Below, piece after piece: positions 29,260 to 37,843 of a DNA stretch of 64,000 nt. Source of the DNA: an uncultured Chloroflexia bacterium (lineage in GTDB: Bacteria > Chloroflexota > Limnocylindria > QHBO01). Each line of letters starts with the position of its first letter. Position 1 is the first letter of the stretch. The DNA is taken from NCBI GenBank assembly GCA_963825525.1, contig CAWGTN010000003.1, forward strand, positions 128,001 through 192,000, written 5' to 3'. The notes under the pieces are model-generated. The model saw only the letters and a program-made list of their open reading frames with translations, searched no databases and had not been told where the DNA came from. Both the position numbers and the translations under genes were made by a program.

Positions 29260-30731
29260 CAACCGTTCCCACCAAGCTGCTGATTGCCGGTGAGCTGCGA
29301 GACGCGCAGGCCGGCGCCACCTTCGACACCTTCGATCCGGCACGCGGAGCCGAGCTCGCCAGCGTTGCCCAGGGTGGCACCGATGATGTCGACGCCGCCG
29401 TCAGTGCGGCCCGCGGTGCCTTCGACGGGGCATGGGCCAAGACCGCGCCCGCCAAGCGCGCACGGATGCTGAACCGGCTGGCGCAGCTCATCGACGAGCA
29501 CACCGACGAGCTTGCCGAGCTCGAGAGCCGTAACTGCGGCAAGGCAAAGTGGCAGTGCGTGGCCGAGATCAAGGTCGCGGTGTCGACGCTCGAGTTCTTC
29601 GCCGGTGCCGCGCACCATCTCTACGGCCGATCGCACGTCGTGAATCCGGCGGTCGTCACCTACACCCTGCGCGAGCCGGTCGGGGTGGTCGGGGCGATCA
29701 TCCCGTGGAACTACCCATTCATGATGGCTGCCTGGAAGGTGGCTCCGGCCCTGGCCACCGGCAACACCATGGTGCTCAAGCCCGCGTCGGCCACCCCGCT
29801 GACGGCCATCCGTCTCGGCGAGCTGGCGCTCGAGGCCGGCATTCCGGCCGGCGTTCTCAACGTCGTCCCGGGCCCTGGGGCCGAGGTGGGGGAGGCGATG
29901 GCCGCGCACCCGGGCATCGACAAGATCGCATTCACCGGCGAGACCGCCACCGGCCGGCGTATCGCCGAGACTGCGGCGAAGACCCTGAAGCGGGTCTCGC
30001 TCGAGCTCGGAGGCAAGAGCCCGAATATCGTGTTCGCCGATGCGGACCTCGACGCCGCCGTCATCGGCTCTCTGTGGGCGATCTACTACTCGGCCGGACA
30101 GTCGTGCGAGGCGCGCTCACGGATCCTGGTCGAGGACGAGGTGTATGACGCGTTTGCATCGGCATTTGCGGAGAAGGCGAAGGCGCTCAAGGTCGGCGAC
30201 CCATTGGCCGATGACACGAAGGTCGGCTCGCTGATCAGCCGTTCCCACGCCGACAAGGTGCGCGGGTTCGTGGAGATGGGCGTCGAGGACGGCGGCGAGC
30301 TGCTGGCCGGTGGCGCCGTCAGCCTGGATGGCGGGCTGGATGCCGATGCCTACGTGGCTCCGACGGTCATCGGCGGCGTGACGAACGACTCGCGGATCGC
30401 CCAGGAAGAGGTGTTCGGGCCGGTCGTGACGCTGACCCGATTCGGCGATGAGGCGGAAGCCGTGAAATTCGCCAATGACGTGCGCTACGGGTTGGCCGCC
30501 ACGGTCTGGACCGGCGACGCGGCGCGCGGCCATCGGGTGGCGCAGCGCATTCGGTCGGGCGCCATCGGCATCAACACGCCATTCGTCGCGTTCCCCGGCG
30601 TGCCGTTCGGCGGCTTCAAGGAGTCCGGATACGGTCGCGAGCAGTCGATCGAGGCGCTCGACCTCTATACCGAGACCAAGGCCGTCCTGCAGGGGACGTC
30701 GCCGAAGACCGTCAACCCGTTCGGGATCTGA
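29256..30731 (+). CDS. Aldehyde dehydrogenase
   Basis: IIPWNYP, LKPA, FTGET, LELGGKSP, GQSCEA, EEVFGPV, PFGGFKESG. Confidence 0.95.
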   Translation: MTTVPTKLLIAGELRDAQAGATFDTFDPARGAELASVAQGGTDDVDAAVSAARGAFDGAWAKTAPAKRARMLNRLAQLIDEHTDELAELESRNCGKAKWQCVAEIKVAVSTLEFFAGAAHHLYGRSHVVNPAVVTYTLREPVGVVGAIIPWNYPFMMAAWKVAPALATGNTMVLKPASATPLTAIRLGELALEAGIPAGVLNVVPGPGAEVGEAMAAHPGIDKIAFTGETATGRRIAETAAKTLKRVSLELGGKSPNIVFADADLDAAVIGSLWAIYYSAGQSCEARSRILVEDEVYDAFASAFAEKAKALKVGDPLADDTKVGSLISRSHADKVRGFVEMGVEDGGELLAGGAVSLDGGLDADAYVAPTVIGGVTNDSRIAQEEVFGPVVTLTRFGDEAEAVKFANDVRYGLAATVWTGDAARGHRVAQRIRSGAIGINTPFVAFPGVPFGGFKESGYGREQSIEALDLYTETKAVLQGTSPKTVNPFGI

Positions 30732-31183
30732 TGCCGATCCTCCACACCCGCAGCTGGGTTCCGGCGCCGATCGACGAGGTGTTCACGTTCTTCGATGACC
30801 CGGCAAACCTCGGCCGTCTCATGCCGCCGCCGGTGCGGATTCGGCTCGTGCGGATCGAGCCCTCGCCGCCTCAGCCGGGGTCGATCTTCGAGTTCCGCTA
30901 CGGGCTCGGTCCGTTCCAGCGAACGTGGATCGTGCGGCTGCTGGATCGGGTGCCGGGCGAGCGATTCGTGGACGAGACCGTCAGCGGCCCCATGGCCCGC
31001 TTCAACCACAGCCACGGCTTCCGCGCGGGTGAGCGCGGCACGTTCATCGAGGATCGGATCGATTTCCATGTCGGTCCGGACGGGGCTGTCGGGGCGGTGG
31101 TCGACGCACTCGCCGGCATCGTGATGCGCATGACCTTCGTCTGGCGCGCGGCTCGCCAGCGCCAGATCCTCCGAGGATCCTAG
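30731..31183 (+). CDS. SRPBCC family protein
   Basis: APIDEVFTFFDDPANLGRLMPP, FVDE..SGP, HSHGF, IEDRIDF. Confidence 0.85.
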   Translation: MPILHTRSWVPAPIDEVFTFFDDPANLGRLMPPPVRIRLVRIEPSPPQPGSIFEFRYGLGPFQRTWIVRLLDRVPGERFVDETVSGPMARFNHSHGFRAGERGTFIEDRIDFHVGPDGAVGAVVDALAGIVMRMTFVWRAARQRQILRGS

Positions 31184-31581
31184 GCCGGCTCCATCGACCG
31201 GACCTCGCGTCGGACCAGTGCCGTGGCGAAGAGCACGAGTGCCAGGCCTCCATACACCCCGACCAGGTGATAGGCGGTCGCCGTCAGCCCAAGGTAGGTG
31301 TCCTCTGGCAGCGGCGGGGGCCCAATGCAGGCGCACGCCGCCTGGTACCCGATGAGCAGGACCCCGATCCACACTGCGGCCACCGTCCAGGCGCCCGCAA
31401 TGGTGTGGGCCACGAACCGATGCGGTCGGCCGGTCGGGTCGGCGACTGCCCACGCGTGAATCCCACCGGCGAGGGTCAGGGCCACGAAGAATGGAACGAT
31501 GTCTCCGTCGCCGTCCTGGCTGGCCGCCACGGCGGCGACGCCAGCGAGCATCGCGGCCGCAATACTCGGGATGCCGCGCAT
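31180..31581 (-). CDS. Small hypothetical membrane protein
   Basis: About four hydrophobic segments; GGAG RBS; fills the gap. Confidence 0.6.
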   Translation of the reverse strand: MRGIPSIAAAMLAGVAAVAASQDGDGDIVPFFVALTLAGGIHAWAVADPTGRPHRFVAHTIAGAWTVAAVWIGVLLIGYQAACACIGPPPLPEDTYLGLTATAYHLVGVYGGLALVLFATALVRREVRSMEPA

Positions 31582-31674
31582 CGGTCACTCCTCCCCTGCG
31601 ATGTCCGGATTGTATCGGCCCTCAGCAATGGGTCGGTTGCGTCGGGTGGGGACGCCGCGTACCGTGGGATGACG

Positions 31675-32568
31675 ATGTCCGGTGCCCTCGCTGCATGGTT
31701 CGATCGGTTCCCCGAAGGCTGGTGGGGGTATCACTGGGCGCCACCGCAGCCGATGAGCGCGGTCGAGCTGATCGGGACCCCGACCATCGACTCCCGCCTG
31801 ATGGCGACCCTGTGGGCGGTGATGAGTCGACGCCGGAGCGTGATGCTGAGCTCGGAGGCGCCGCAGGCCGGCAAGACCACCGCGCTCTCCGCGCTCGTTG
31901 ACTTCCTTCCCGACGACACGACCGGCATCTTTGTGCGTGGGTGGGCGGAGGGGTACGACTGGCTCGACGAGATCCCGGAGGGGACGGGCTACCTCCTTAT
32001 CAACGAAATGAGCGACCACCTCCCGATCTACGTCTGGGGCCGGGCCGCTCGTGGGGCGCTCATGCTCGCCGGCAAGGGCTGGGGGATGGGTGCCACGATG
32101 CACGCCGATTCGCTGCCCGAGGCCCTCGACGCGCTCCGCGGCCAGCTGGGCGTCACGGATCGCGACCTGGCGGGAATCACGATCTACCTCCAGTACTCGG
32201 CGTATATGACCCCCGTCGGGATGTATCGGCGCATCGAAGAGGCCTGGCACCTCCGGCTCGACGATGCCGGGGCGCTGGCACCGGTGCGCCTTGGGGCGAT
32301 CGCCGGTGAACGGTCACCCAGCCTGACCGGGGCCCAGCGCCTGCCCTCGCCGCCGATGCTCCCGAGCGATGGCGGTCGAGCCGGCCGACCCTTCGAGCAT
32401 GATCCGGCAGCCTATGCGGTGCTCGCCCGGAGCCTTGGCATCGGGCCGGAGGAGTTCGAGTCCGAGCTCGGGCAGCGGTCGTCCTTTCTCGATGATCTCG
32501 CCGAACGAAACGTGTGCGATCCGCCCTCGGTGGCCATCGCGATTCGGTCGTACGTACCGGAATCCTGA
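31675..32568 (+). CDS. Stand-alone VirB11/TadA/PilT-like P-loop ATPase
   Basis: Walker A PQAGKTT, Walker B-like LLINE, His-box ATMHADS. Confidence 0.7.
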   Translation: MSGALAAWFDRFPEGWWGYHWAPPQPMSAVELIGTPTIDSRLMATLWAVMSRRRSVMLSSEAPQAGKTTALSALVDFLPDDTTGIFVRGWAEGYDWLDEIPEGTGYLLINEMSDHLPIYVWGRAARGALMLAGKGWGMGATMHADSLPEALDALRGQLGVTDRDLAGITIYLQYSAYMTPVGMYRRIEEAWHLRLDDAGALAPVRLGAIAGERSPSLTGAQRLPSPPMLPSDGGRAGRPFEHDPAAYAVLARSLGIGPEEFESELGQRSSFLDDLAERNVCDPPSVAIAIRSYVPES

Positions 32569-32660
32569 CCGGCATCGCCGGGTCGCCGTGGCGCGTTGGC
32601 CTGCCTCATGCATAGGACGGTGACCTAGCCGCCCGATGTCACTTCAGGAGCCTCGCCCAC

Positions 32661-34499
32661 ATGCCACGCATCCTTCCCCTGTTCGTCGTCATGCTGCTGA
32701 CCCTGGTCGCGTGTGAATCCGACACGGCGACATCCCCCGACGCAACCGTTGCGGGAAGCCAGCCACCGTCGGAACCCGCCGCTTCTCAGTCAGCCGAAGA
32801 GTCCGCGGATCCCGCGGCGAGCGGACCGACCATGTCCGACGAGACGCTCGGTGTCGAGGTTGCGTCCTCCGGTTTCGAGCAGCCGACCGGCATGGCGTTC
32901 ATCGGCGAGGAAGAGTACTTCGTGATCGAGAAGGGCACCGGCGAGGTGCACCGAGTGTCGGATGGCGAGCCCGGGGAGCCCGTTCTCGACCTGGCAGTGA
33001 ATTTCTTCGATGAGCGCGGCCTGCTCGGGATCGCGGTGCATCCCGACTTCGGCGACAACGGGTACGTGTACCTGTTCTGGACCTGGACCGGTGAGGGAGA
33101 AGGAGAGCAGTCGCTGCTGGGCGCGGATAGCGAGGATGAGTTCGCCGTCCCTGAGCTCGGCAACCGCGTCGATCGATTCGTCTGGGATGGCGAAGGGCTG
33201 ACGTGGGATCTCAACATCGTCGAGATGCGAAGCAACACGCTCGAGACCGATACCCTGGACCGCATCCGCGGGAATCACGATGGCGGGCAGATGGTCTTCG
33301 GCTTGGATAACACCCTCTACTTCGTCATCGGCGACCAGAACCTGCGGGGGGAGCTCCAGAACATCGAAGGCCAGGGCGGGCTGGACCCGGCCAACTGGAC
33401 CGGGGTGGTCGTTCGAGTCAACGACGACGGTTCGATTCCGGACGACAACCCCTTCGTTGGTGCCGCCAGTGCCATGGATGGCCCTGCGGCCGAGAATCTG
33501 GCCCGAACGTGGGCGTACGGCGTCCGAAACAGCTTCGGCCTTGCCATCCACCCGGAGACCGGCGCGCTCTGGCAGACGGAGAACGGCGACGACAGCTGGG
33601 ACGAGATCAATATCTTCCCCGGCGGGTCCAACTCGGGCTGGTGGCAGGTGATGGGACCGTCCGTCCGCTTTGACGAGTATCGCCAGCTCGAAGTCGACTC
33701 CGAGGATGGGACCGACGTCGCGGAATACCCGCCGGATCAACTGGCCGAATCGGCCGAAGAGGCGTTGTCACGCTTGGTGGAATACGAAGGAAGCCAGTTC
33801 GTGGAGCCGGTCTTCGCCTGGAAGTATCCGCCGGCTGTGACCTCGATCGCGCTCGTCGCGGACACCTCGCTCGGTGAGTCATCGGCGAACACCGCATGGG
33901 TCGGCACCGTGTTGACGGACTCCCTCTTCCGCTATCCCCTGGCCGCGGACGGATCTGGGTTCGACCTCGGCGCTGACGAGGGCCTCGCCGATGGCGTCGA
34001 CGACAACGCGCAGAAGGGCGATCTCGGCGAGAGCGAACCCTATGCCGTGGGAACGGGCTTCGGCATCGTGACGCACATTGTCCCGGCGCCCGACGGCATG
34101 CTCTATGTGACCAGCCTCGACTCGGGCAACGTGTATCGGATCGGGCCGGCTGACCAGGTCGGCGCCGGTCCCACCTCGTCGGCGGCACCCAGCGCCGGTG
34201 CGGCCGAGGGCGACGTGGTCGAGATCACCGTCGGAACCGACGATGGCAACGAGCTGCTCTTCGTCCCGGACGAGATCAGCGTGCCGGCGGGGACGACGGT
34301 CCGCCTGACCTTCGTGAACGAGTCGACCGTTCCGCACAACCTCACCTTCGGCGCGCCGATCAACGCCGCCACGGCCACGATCGTGGACCCGGGGGCCGAA
34401 GAAACGATCGAGTTCACTGCCCCGGAGGCGGGCGAGTACACCTTTACCTGCACGCTCCACCCCGGCATGGATGGGACACTGACGGTCGAGGAGGGGTAG
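32661..34499 (+). CDS. PQQ-dependent sugar dehydrogenase (GSDH/YliI) lipoprotein fused to a C-terminal cupredoxin
   Basis: Lipobox LVAC, ERGLLGIAVHP, NHDGG, YGVRNSFG, ENG...DEIN; copper ligands PHN...CTLHPGM. Confidence 0.88.
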   Translation: MPRILPLFVVMLLTLVACESDTATSPDATVAGSQPPSEPAASQSAEESADPAASGPTMSDETLGVEVASSGFEQPTGMAFIGEEEYFVIEKGTGEVHRVSDGEPGEPVLDLAVNFFDERGLLGIAVHPDFGDNGYVYLFWTWTGEGEGEQSLLGADSEDEFAVPELGNRVDRFVWDGEGLTWDLNIVEMRSNTLETDTLDRIRGNHDGGQMVFGLDNTLYFVIGDQNLRGELQNIEGQGGLDPANWTGVVVRVNDDGSIPDDNPFVGAASAMDGPAAENLARTWAYGVRNSFGLAIHPETGALWQTENGDDSWDEINIFPGGSNSGWWQVMGPSVRFDEYRQLEVDSEDGTDVAEYPPDQLAESAEEALSRLVEYEGSQFVEPVFAWKYPPAVTSIALVADTSLGESSANTAWVGTVLTDSLFRYPLAADGSGFDLGADEGLADGVDDNAQKGDLGESEPYAVGTGFGIVTHIVPAPDGMLYVTSLDSGNVYRIGPADQVGAGPTSSAAPSAGAAEGDVVEITVGTDDGNELLFVPDEISVPAGTTVRLTFVNESTVPHNLTFGAPINAATATIVDPGAEETIEFTAPEAGEYTFTCTLHPGMDGTLTVEEG

Positions 34500-34539
34500 C
34501 CTCCACGGCGGGGCGCGCCACGGGTGGTAGCCTCTTGGC

Positions 34540-35967
34540 ATGAACCTCGTGGCGCCCCGTCCTGACGACACGACCCTCGGACAGCTGCGAGTGGCGGGCT
34601 ACCGCGCTCGGAGCGTCAAGGAGGAGATGCGCGCCAACCTGTTGGCCCGCCTGCGGGAGGGGAAGTCGTTCCTGCCCGGCATCCTGGGCTACGACGACAC
34701 CGTGCTACCGCAGCTCGAGAACGCGATCCTGGCGGGACAGGACGTCATCCTGCTCGGTGAGCGCGGCCAGGCCAAGAGCCGGATCGCTCGTTCGCTGGTT
34801 GGGCTGCTGGATCCGTGGGTTCCCTACGTCGCCGGCACCGAGATCCATGACGATCCTCTGCAACCGATCTCGCCCCTTGCCCGCAGCATCGTGGCCGAGC
34901 AGGGCGACGCCACGCCCATCGGCTGGTGGGCAGCAGAGGATCGCTACAGCGAGAAGCTCTCGACGCCGGACATCAGCATCGCCGACCTCATCGGCGAGGT
35001 GGACCCGGTCAAGGTTGCCGAGGGTCGATACCTGTCGGACGAACTCACGATCCACTACGGGCTGCTGCCGCGGACCCATCGCGGCATCTTCAGCCTCAAC
35101 GAGCTGCCGGACCTCGCCGAGCGGATCCAGGTCGGCCTCCTCAACGTGATGGAAGAGCGTGACGTCCAGGTGCGTGGGTATCGGGTTCGACTGGACCTCG
35201 ACCTGTTCGTGATCGCCAGCGCGAATCCCGAGGACTACACGAGCCGCGGCCGGATCATCACCCCCCTCAAGGACCGATTCGGTGCCCAGATCCGGACCCA
35301 CTACCCGGAGGAGACCTCGGTCGAGATCGCGATCATGGAGGGCGAAGCGGCCTCCTTTGACGAGACCGATGGCGGGGCGGTGCCGGTCCAGGTGCCGGGC
35401 TTCATGAAAGAGATCGTGGCCGAGCTGTCCCAGCTGGCCCGACGATCATCCGAGGTGAGCCAGCGCTCCGGCGTTTCGGTGCGCGTCACGATCGCCAATC
35501 ACGAGACCCTGGGGGCAGCCGCCCTGAAACGGGCAGTACGGCTGGGCGAGCCGTCGGCCGCGCCGCGCATCAGCGACCTTCCCGCGGTCGTGGCCTCGAC
35601 CGCCGGCAAGATCGAGCTCGAGACGCTCGGCGACGAGACCCGCGAGGATCGCGTGGTCGAGAAGCTGGTGGCCCGGGCGGTGGTCAACGTCTTCAACCGA
35701 CACTTCGCGATCTCCGAGCTGGTACCACTGCTCGAGCGCTTCGAGGAGGACGGGGTTGCCGCCGAGGTCGGGGATCTCGTCGGCTCGCAGTCACACGGTG
35801 AGCTGGCCGGTTCACTGCCCGAGCTCAGCGAGGCGGTTGGGCGCCTGGACGCCGGTGAGTCTGCGGCCGGGATCGCCTCCGCGGTGGAGTTCGTGCTCGA
35901 GGGCCTGCATCTCAATCGGCGGCTCAACAAGGAGCGTCGGGCGGGCGGGGTCCGCTACGCCCGCTGA
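34540..35967 (+). CDS. ChlI/MoxR-like AAA+ ATPase (Rv0958-like)
   Basis: GERGQAKS, DLIGEVDPVKVAEG, NELPDL, ASANPEDYT.RGRIITPLKDRFG, EFVLEGLH. Confidence 0.88.
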   Translation: MNLVAPRPDDTTLGQLRVAGYRARSVKEEMRANLLARLREGKSFLPGILGYDDTVLPQLENAILAGQDVILLGERGQAKSRIARSLVGLLDPWVPYVAGTEIHDDPLQPISPLARSIVAEQGDATPIGWWAAEDRYSEKLSTPDISIADLIGEVDPVKVAEGRYLSDELTIHYGLLPRTHRGIFSLNELPDLAERIQVGLLNVMEERDVQVRGYRVRLDLDLFVIASANPEDYTSRGRIITPLKDRFGAQIRTHYPEETSVEIAIMEGEAASFDETDGGAVPVQVPGFMKEIVAELSQLARRSSEVSQRSGVSVRVTIANHETLGAAALKRAVRLGEPSAAPRISDLPAVVASTAGKIELETLGDETREDRVVEKLVARAVVNVFNRHFAISELVPLLERFEEDGVAAEVGDLVGSQSHGELAGSLPELSEAVGRLDAGESAAGIASAVEFVLEGLHLNRRLNKERRAGGVRYAR

Positions 35968-36007
35968 CCCTCGCGGGTCACGAGTGCGACGGGGAGCGCG
36001 CGTTCGT

Positions 36008-36038
36008 GCGTGCGCTCGCGTGCGCTCGCGTGCGCTCG
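36008..36038. repeat. 10-bp tandem repeat (GCGTGCGCTC) x3
   Basis: Read directly; the third copy runs into the first palindromic element. Confidence 0.85.
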
Positions 36039-36214
36039 ATCTATCGCGGGATCTTCACCGGACAGCACGTTCACGCTGCATTTCCCCGATACATCGAGGG
36101 ACTCCGCGCACGAAGGACCCCGTCGGCGGACGGTTCCTGCTCCCGGGCGCTCGATCTATCGCGGGATAAGCACGCCCGGGCGCCCTTACGCGAGAAAACC
36201 CTCGATCAATCGAG
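36035..36214. repeat. Doublet of 64/65-bp palindrome-bounded elements (locus B)
   Basis: Units 36035-36098 and 36150-36214 both start CTCGATCTATCGCGGGAT and end CGATnnATCGAG. Confidence 0.85.
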
Positions 36215-36232
36215 CGGGCAACAACCAGAAGT

Positions 36233-37159
36233 TCACCGCCCCGCAAGATCGTTGACCAGTGGCGCGAACGCCTCCATGGCACGCGCAGGGATTCCGTACG
36301 AGCTCACCCCGGTTCGCTCTCGGCGTCTGAGCATGCTCTCGCGCAGCGCTCCGATCGTGCCGTACAGCAGGTACGGCGAGCCGCCGATCACCGCCGGTCC
36401 GGCTGACCGGATCCACGCGTGAGCCGAGGCACCCAGGGGCTGGGGACCGCCGACGATCCCCGCGTCGCCGACGAAGACGTTGAGCTCGAGATCGTCAAAC
36501 CGCTCGCCGGCGGCGGAGCGCACCATGGACGCGCGCCGCTCGAGGGCGGCCTCGGTGGCGTGGCGGACCATCGGCCGGCCAGCGGCCGAGAACTGCGGAA
36601 CCAGGCTCACGATCTGTGCCTCGCGCGCGGCAATGCGCACCATCCGCGGGCCGCCCGCCCCGAGCATGATCGGCGGATGGGGCTTCTGGACCGGCTCCGG
36701 CTGAACCCGTGCCCGATCGAGGTCGTAGAAGCGGCCGTGGTGCGTGACCTCCTCCCCGGACAGCAGCCGTCGGATGACGTCGAGGGCCTCGAGCATGCGG
36801 TCGATCCGCACGCTCGCCACGTCGTACGGCACGCCGAGCTGCCGATAGTCACGCCGATTCCACCCGGCACCCATGCCGAACTCCAGGCGCCCGCCGCTCA
36901 GCCGATCAAGCGTCGCCGCCTCCCGCGCCACGATCAACGGATGGCGAAAGTCGTTGGCCAGCACATACGGCCCGATGCGCAACGTTCGCGTCACCGCCGC
37001 CGCGGCGGCGAGGGCGACCGGGGGCGCGAGCTGGTGCGACAGGTGGTCGGTGACGTACAGCGCCGCGTAGCCGAGCTCCTCGACCCGCTGCGCGAAGGCT
37101 GACCAGTCGTCGGCGCGGTCGGAGTTGTTGGTGTAGACGGCGAATCGAAACGGCCGCAT
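36233..37159 (-). CDS. F420-dependent LLM oxidoreductase (TIGR03621-like)
   Basis: MRPFRF, VTDHL, ANDFRHP, SGGRLEFGMGAGW, PVQKPHPPI. Confidence 0.9.
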   Translation of the reverse strand: MRPFRFAVYTNNSDRADDWSAFAQRVEELGYAALYVTDHLSHQLAPPVALAAAAAVTRTLRIGPYVLANDFRHPLIVAREAATLDRLSGGRLEFGMGAGWNRRDYRQLGVPYDVASVRIDRMLEALDVIRRLLSGEEVTHHGRFYDLDRARVQPEPVQKPHPPIMLGAGGPRMVRIAAREAQIVSLVPQFSAAGRPMVRHATEAALERRASMVRSAAGERFDDLELNVFVGDAGIVGGPQPLGASAHAWIRSAGPAVIGGSPYLLYGTIGALRESMLRRRERTGVSSYGIPARAMEAFAPLVNDLAGR

Positions 37160-37165
37160 CGGCGG

Positions 37166-37822
37166 TCAGGCGATCGGGCGAGTGCGAGCGTAGACCGCCG
37201 TCTGCCAGATCACGCCGCGGTGGTGAAAGCGGCGCTCGAAGCCAGCGGCTCGAATCCTCAGGTCGACGGTGCGCTCGGGGTGCACATGGAACTGGAAGCG
37301 CTTGCGAAACAACCGCAGGCCCAGGTTGCCGGCGCCGACCACCGCGCGGACCCACCACCTCTCCACGGGGAAGACGAGGCCGTACGTGCGCCTGGCGCGC
37401 TCGACGGACCGATCGACGAGCGCCGTCCAGTCGCCGTAGCAGCAGATCACGCGGTCGAGCGTCACGATGTCGGCCGGCGCGATCTCGGACGCCACCTCTA
37501 CGAAGTCCCCGTACAGGAACGTGGCTCGCTCCCCAAAGCCGCGGCGTTCGACCTCGAGGCGGGCGGCGGCGAGGTAGGGATGCGAGGCGTCCACGTCGGT
37601 CAGGCGCGCAGCGCCGGCCAGCAGCAGCTCGGTCCCGACGACTCCCACGCCGCCGCCGATGTCCAGGACCTCGGCCCCCTCGGCGCCGAGCGCCCTGACC
37701 GCATCGATCAAGCGGGCGGTCGTCCCGGCCGCACCATTGCGACGGTAGTCAGCGAGCTCACGCCGCGCGGTCCGGTCGTCGAAGATCGTGTCGTAATCGG
37801 CTCGGCAGCAGGATTCGGGCAT
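37166..37822 (-). CDS. Class I SAM-dependent methyltransferase
   Basis: VLDIGGGVG, DVDAS, GDF, ADIVTLDRVICCY. Confidence 0.88.
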   Translation of the reverse strand: MPESCCRADYDTIFDDRTARRELADYRRNGAAGTTARLIDAVRALGAEGAEVLDIGGGVGVVGTELLLAGAARLTDVDASHPYLAAARLEVERRGFGERATFLYGDFVEVASEIAPADIVTLDRVICCYGDWTALVDRSVERARRTYGLVFPVERWWVRAVVGAGNLGLRLFRKRFQFHVHPERTVDLRIRAAGFERRFHHRGVIWQTAVYARTRPIA

Positions 37823-37843
37823 GCCGCCATGATGCGCCCCGCG

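Noticed and set aside
28830-30731. 633-aa lipoprotein-aldehyde dehydrogenase fusion ORF
   Set aside because: Artefact of a +1 shift near 29000: the middle is off-frame, and the dehydrogenase has its own -10 and ATG at 29256
25624-36214. CRISPR mini-arrays or integron attC sites as the explanation for the palindromic doublets
   Set aside because: Arms are only 14-17 bp, alternate in type and spacing, lack RYYYAAC/GTTRRRY ends, and no cas or integrase gene is present
34540-37822. Bacteriochlorophyll synthesis (ChlI-like ATPase plus BchM-like methyltransferase)
   Set aside because: The ATPase is the widespread Rv0958-type, the methyltransferase is generic, and no bchH/D, puf or other phototrophy genes are present
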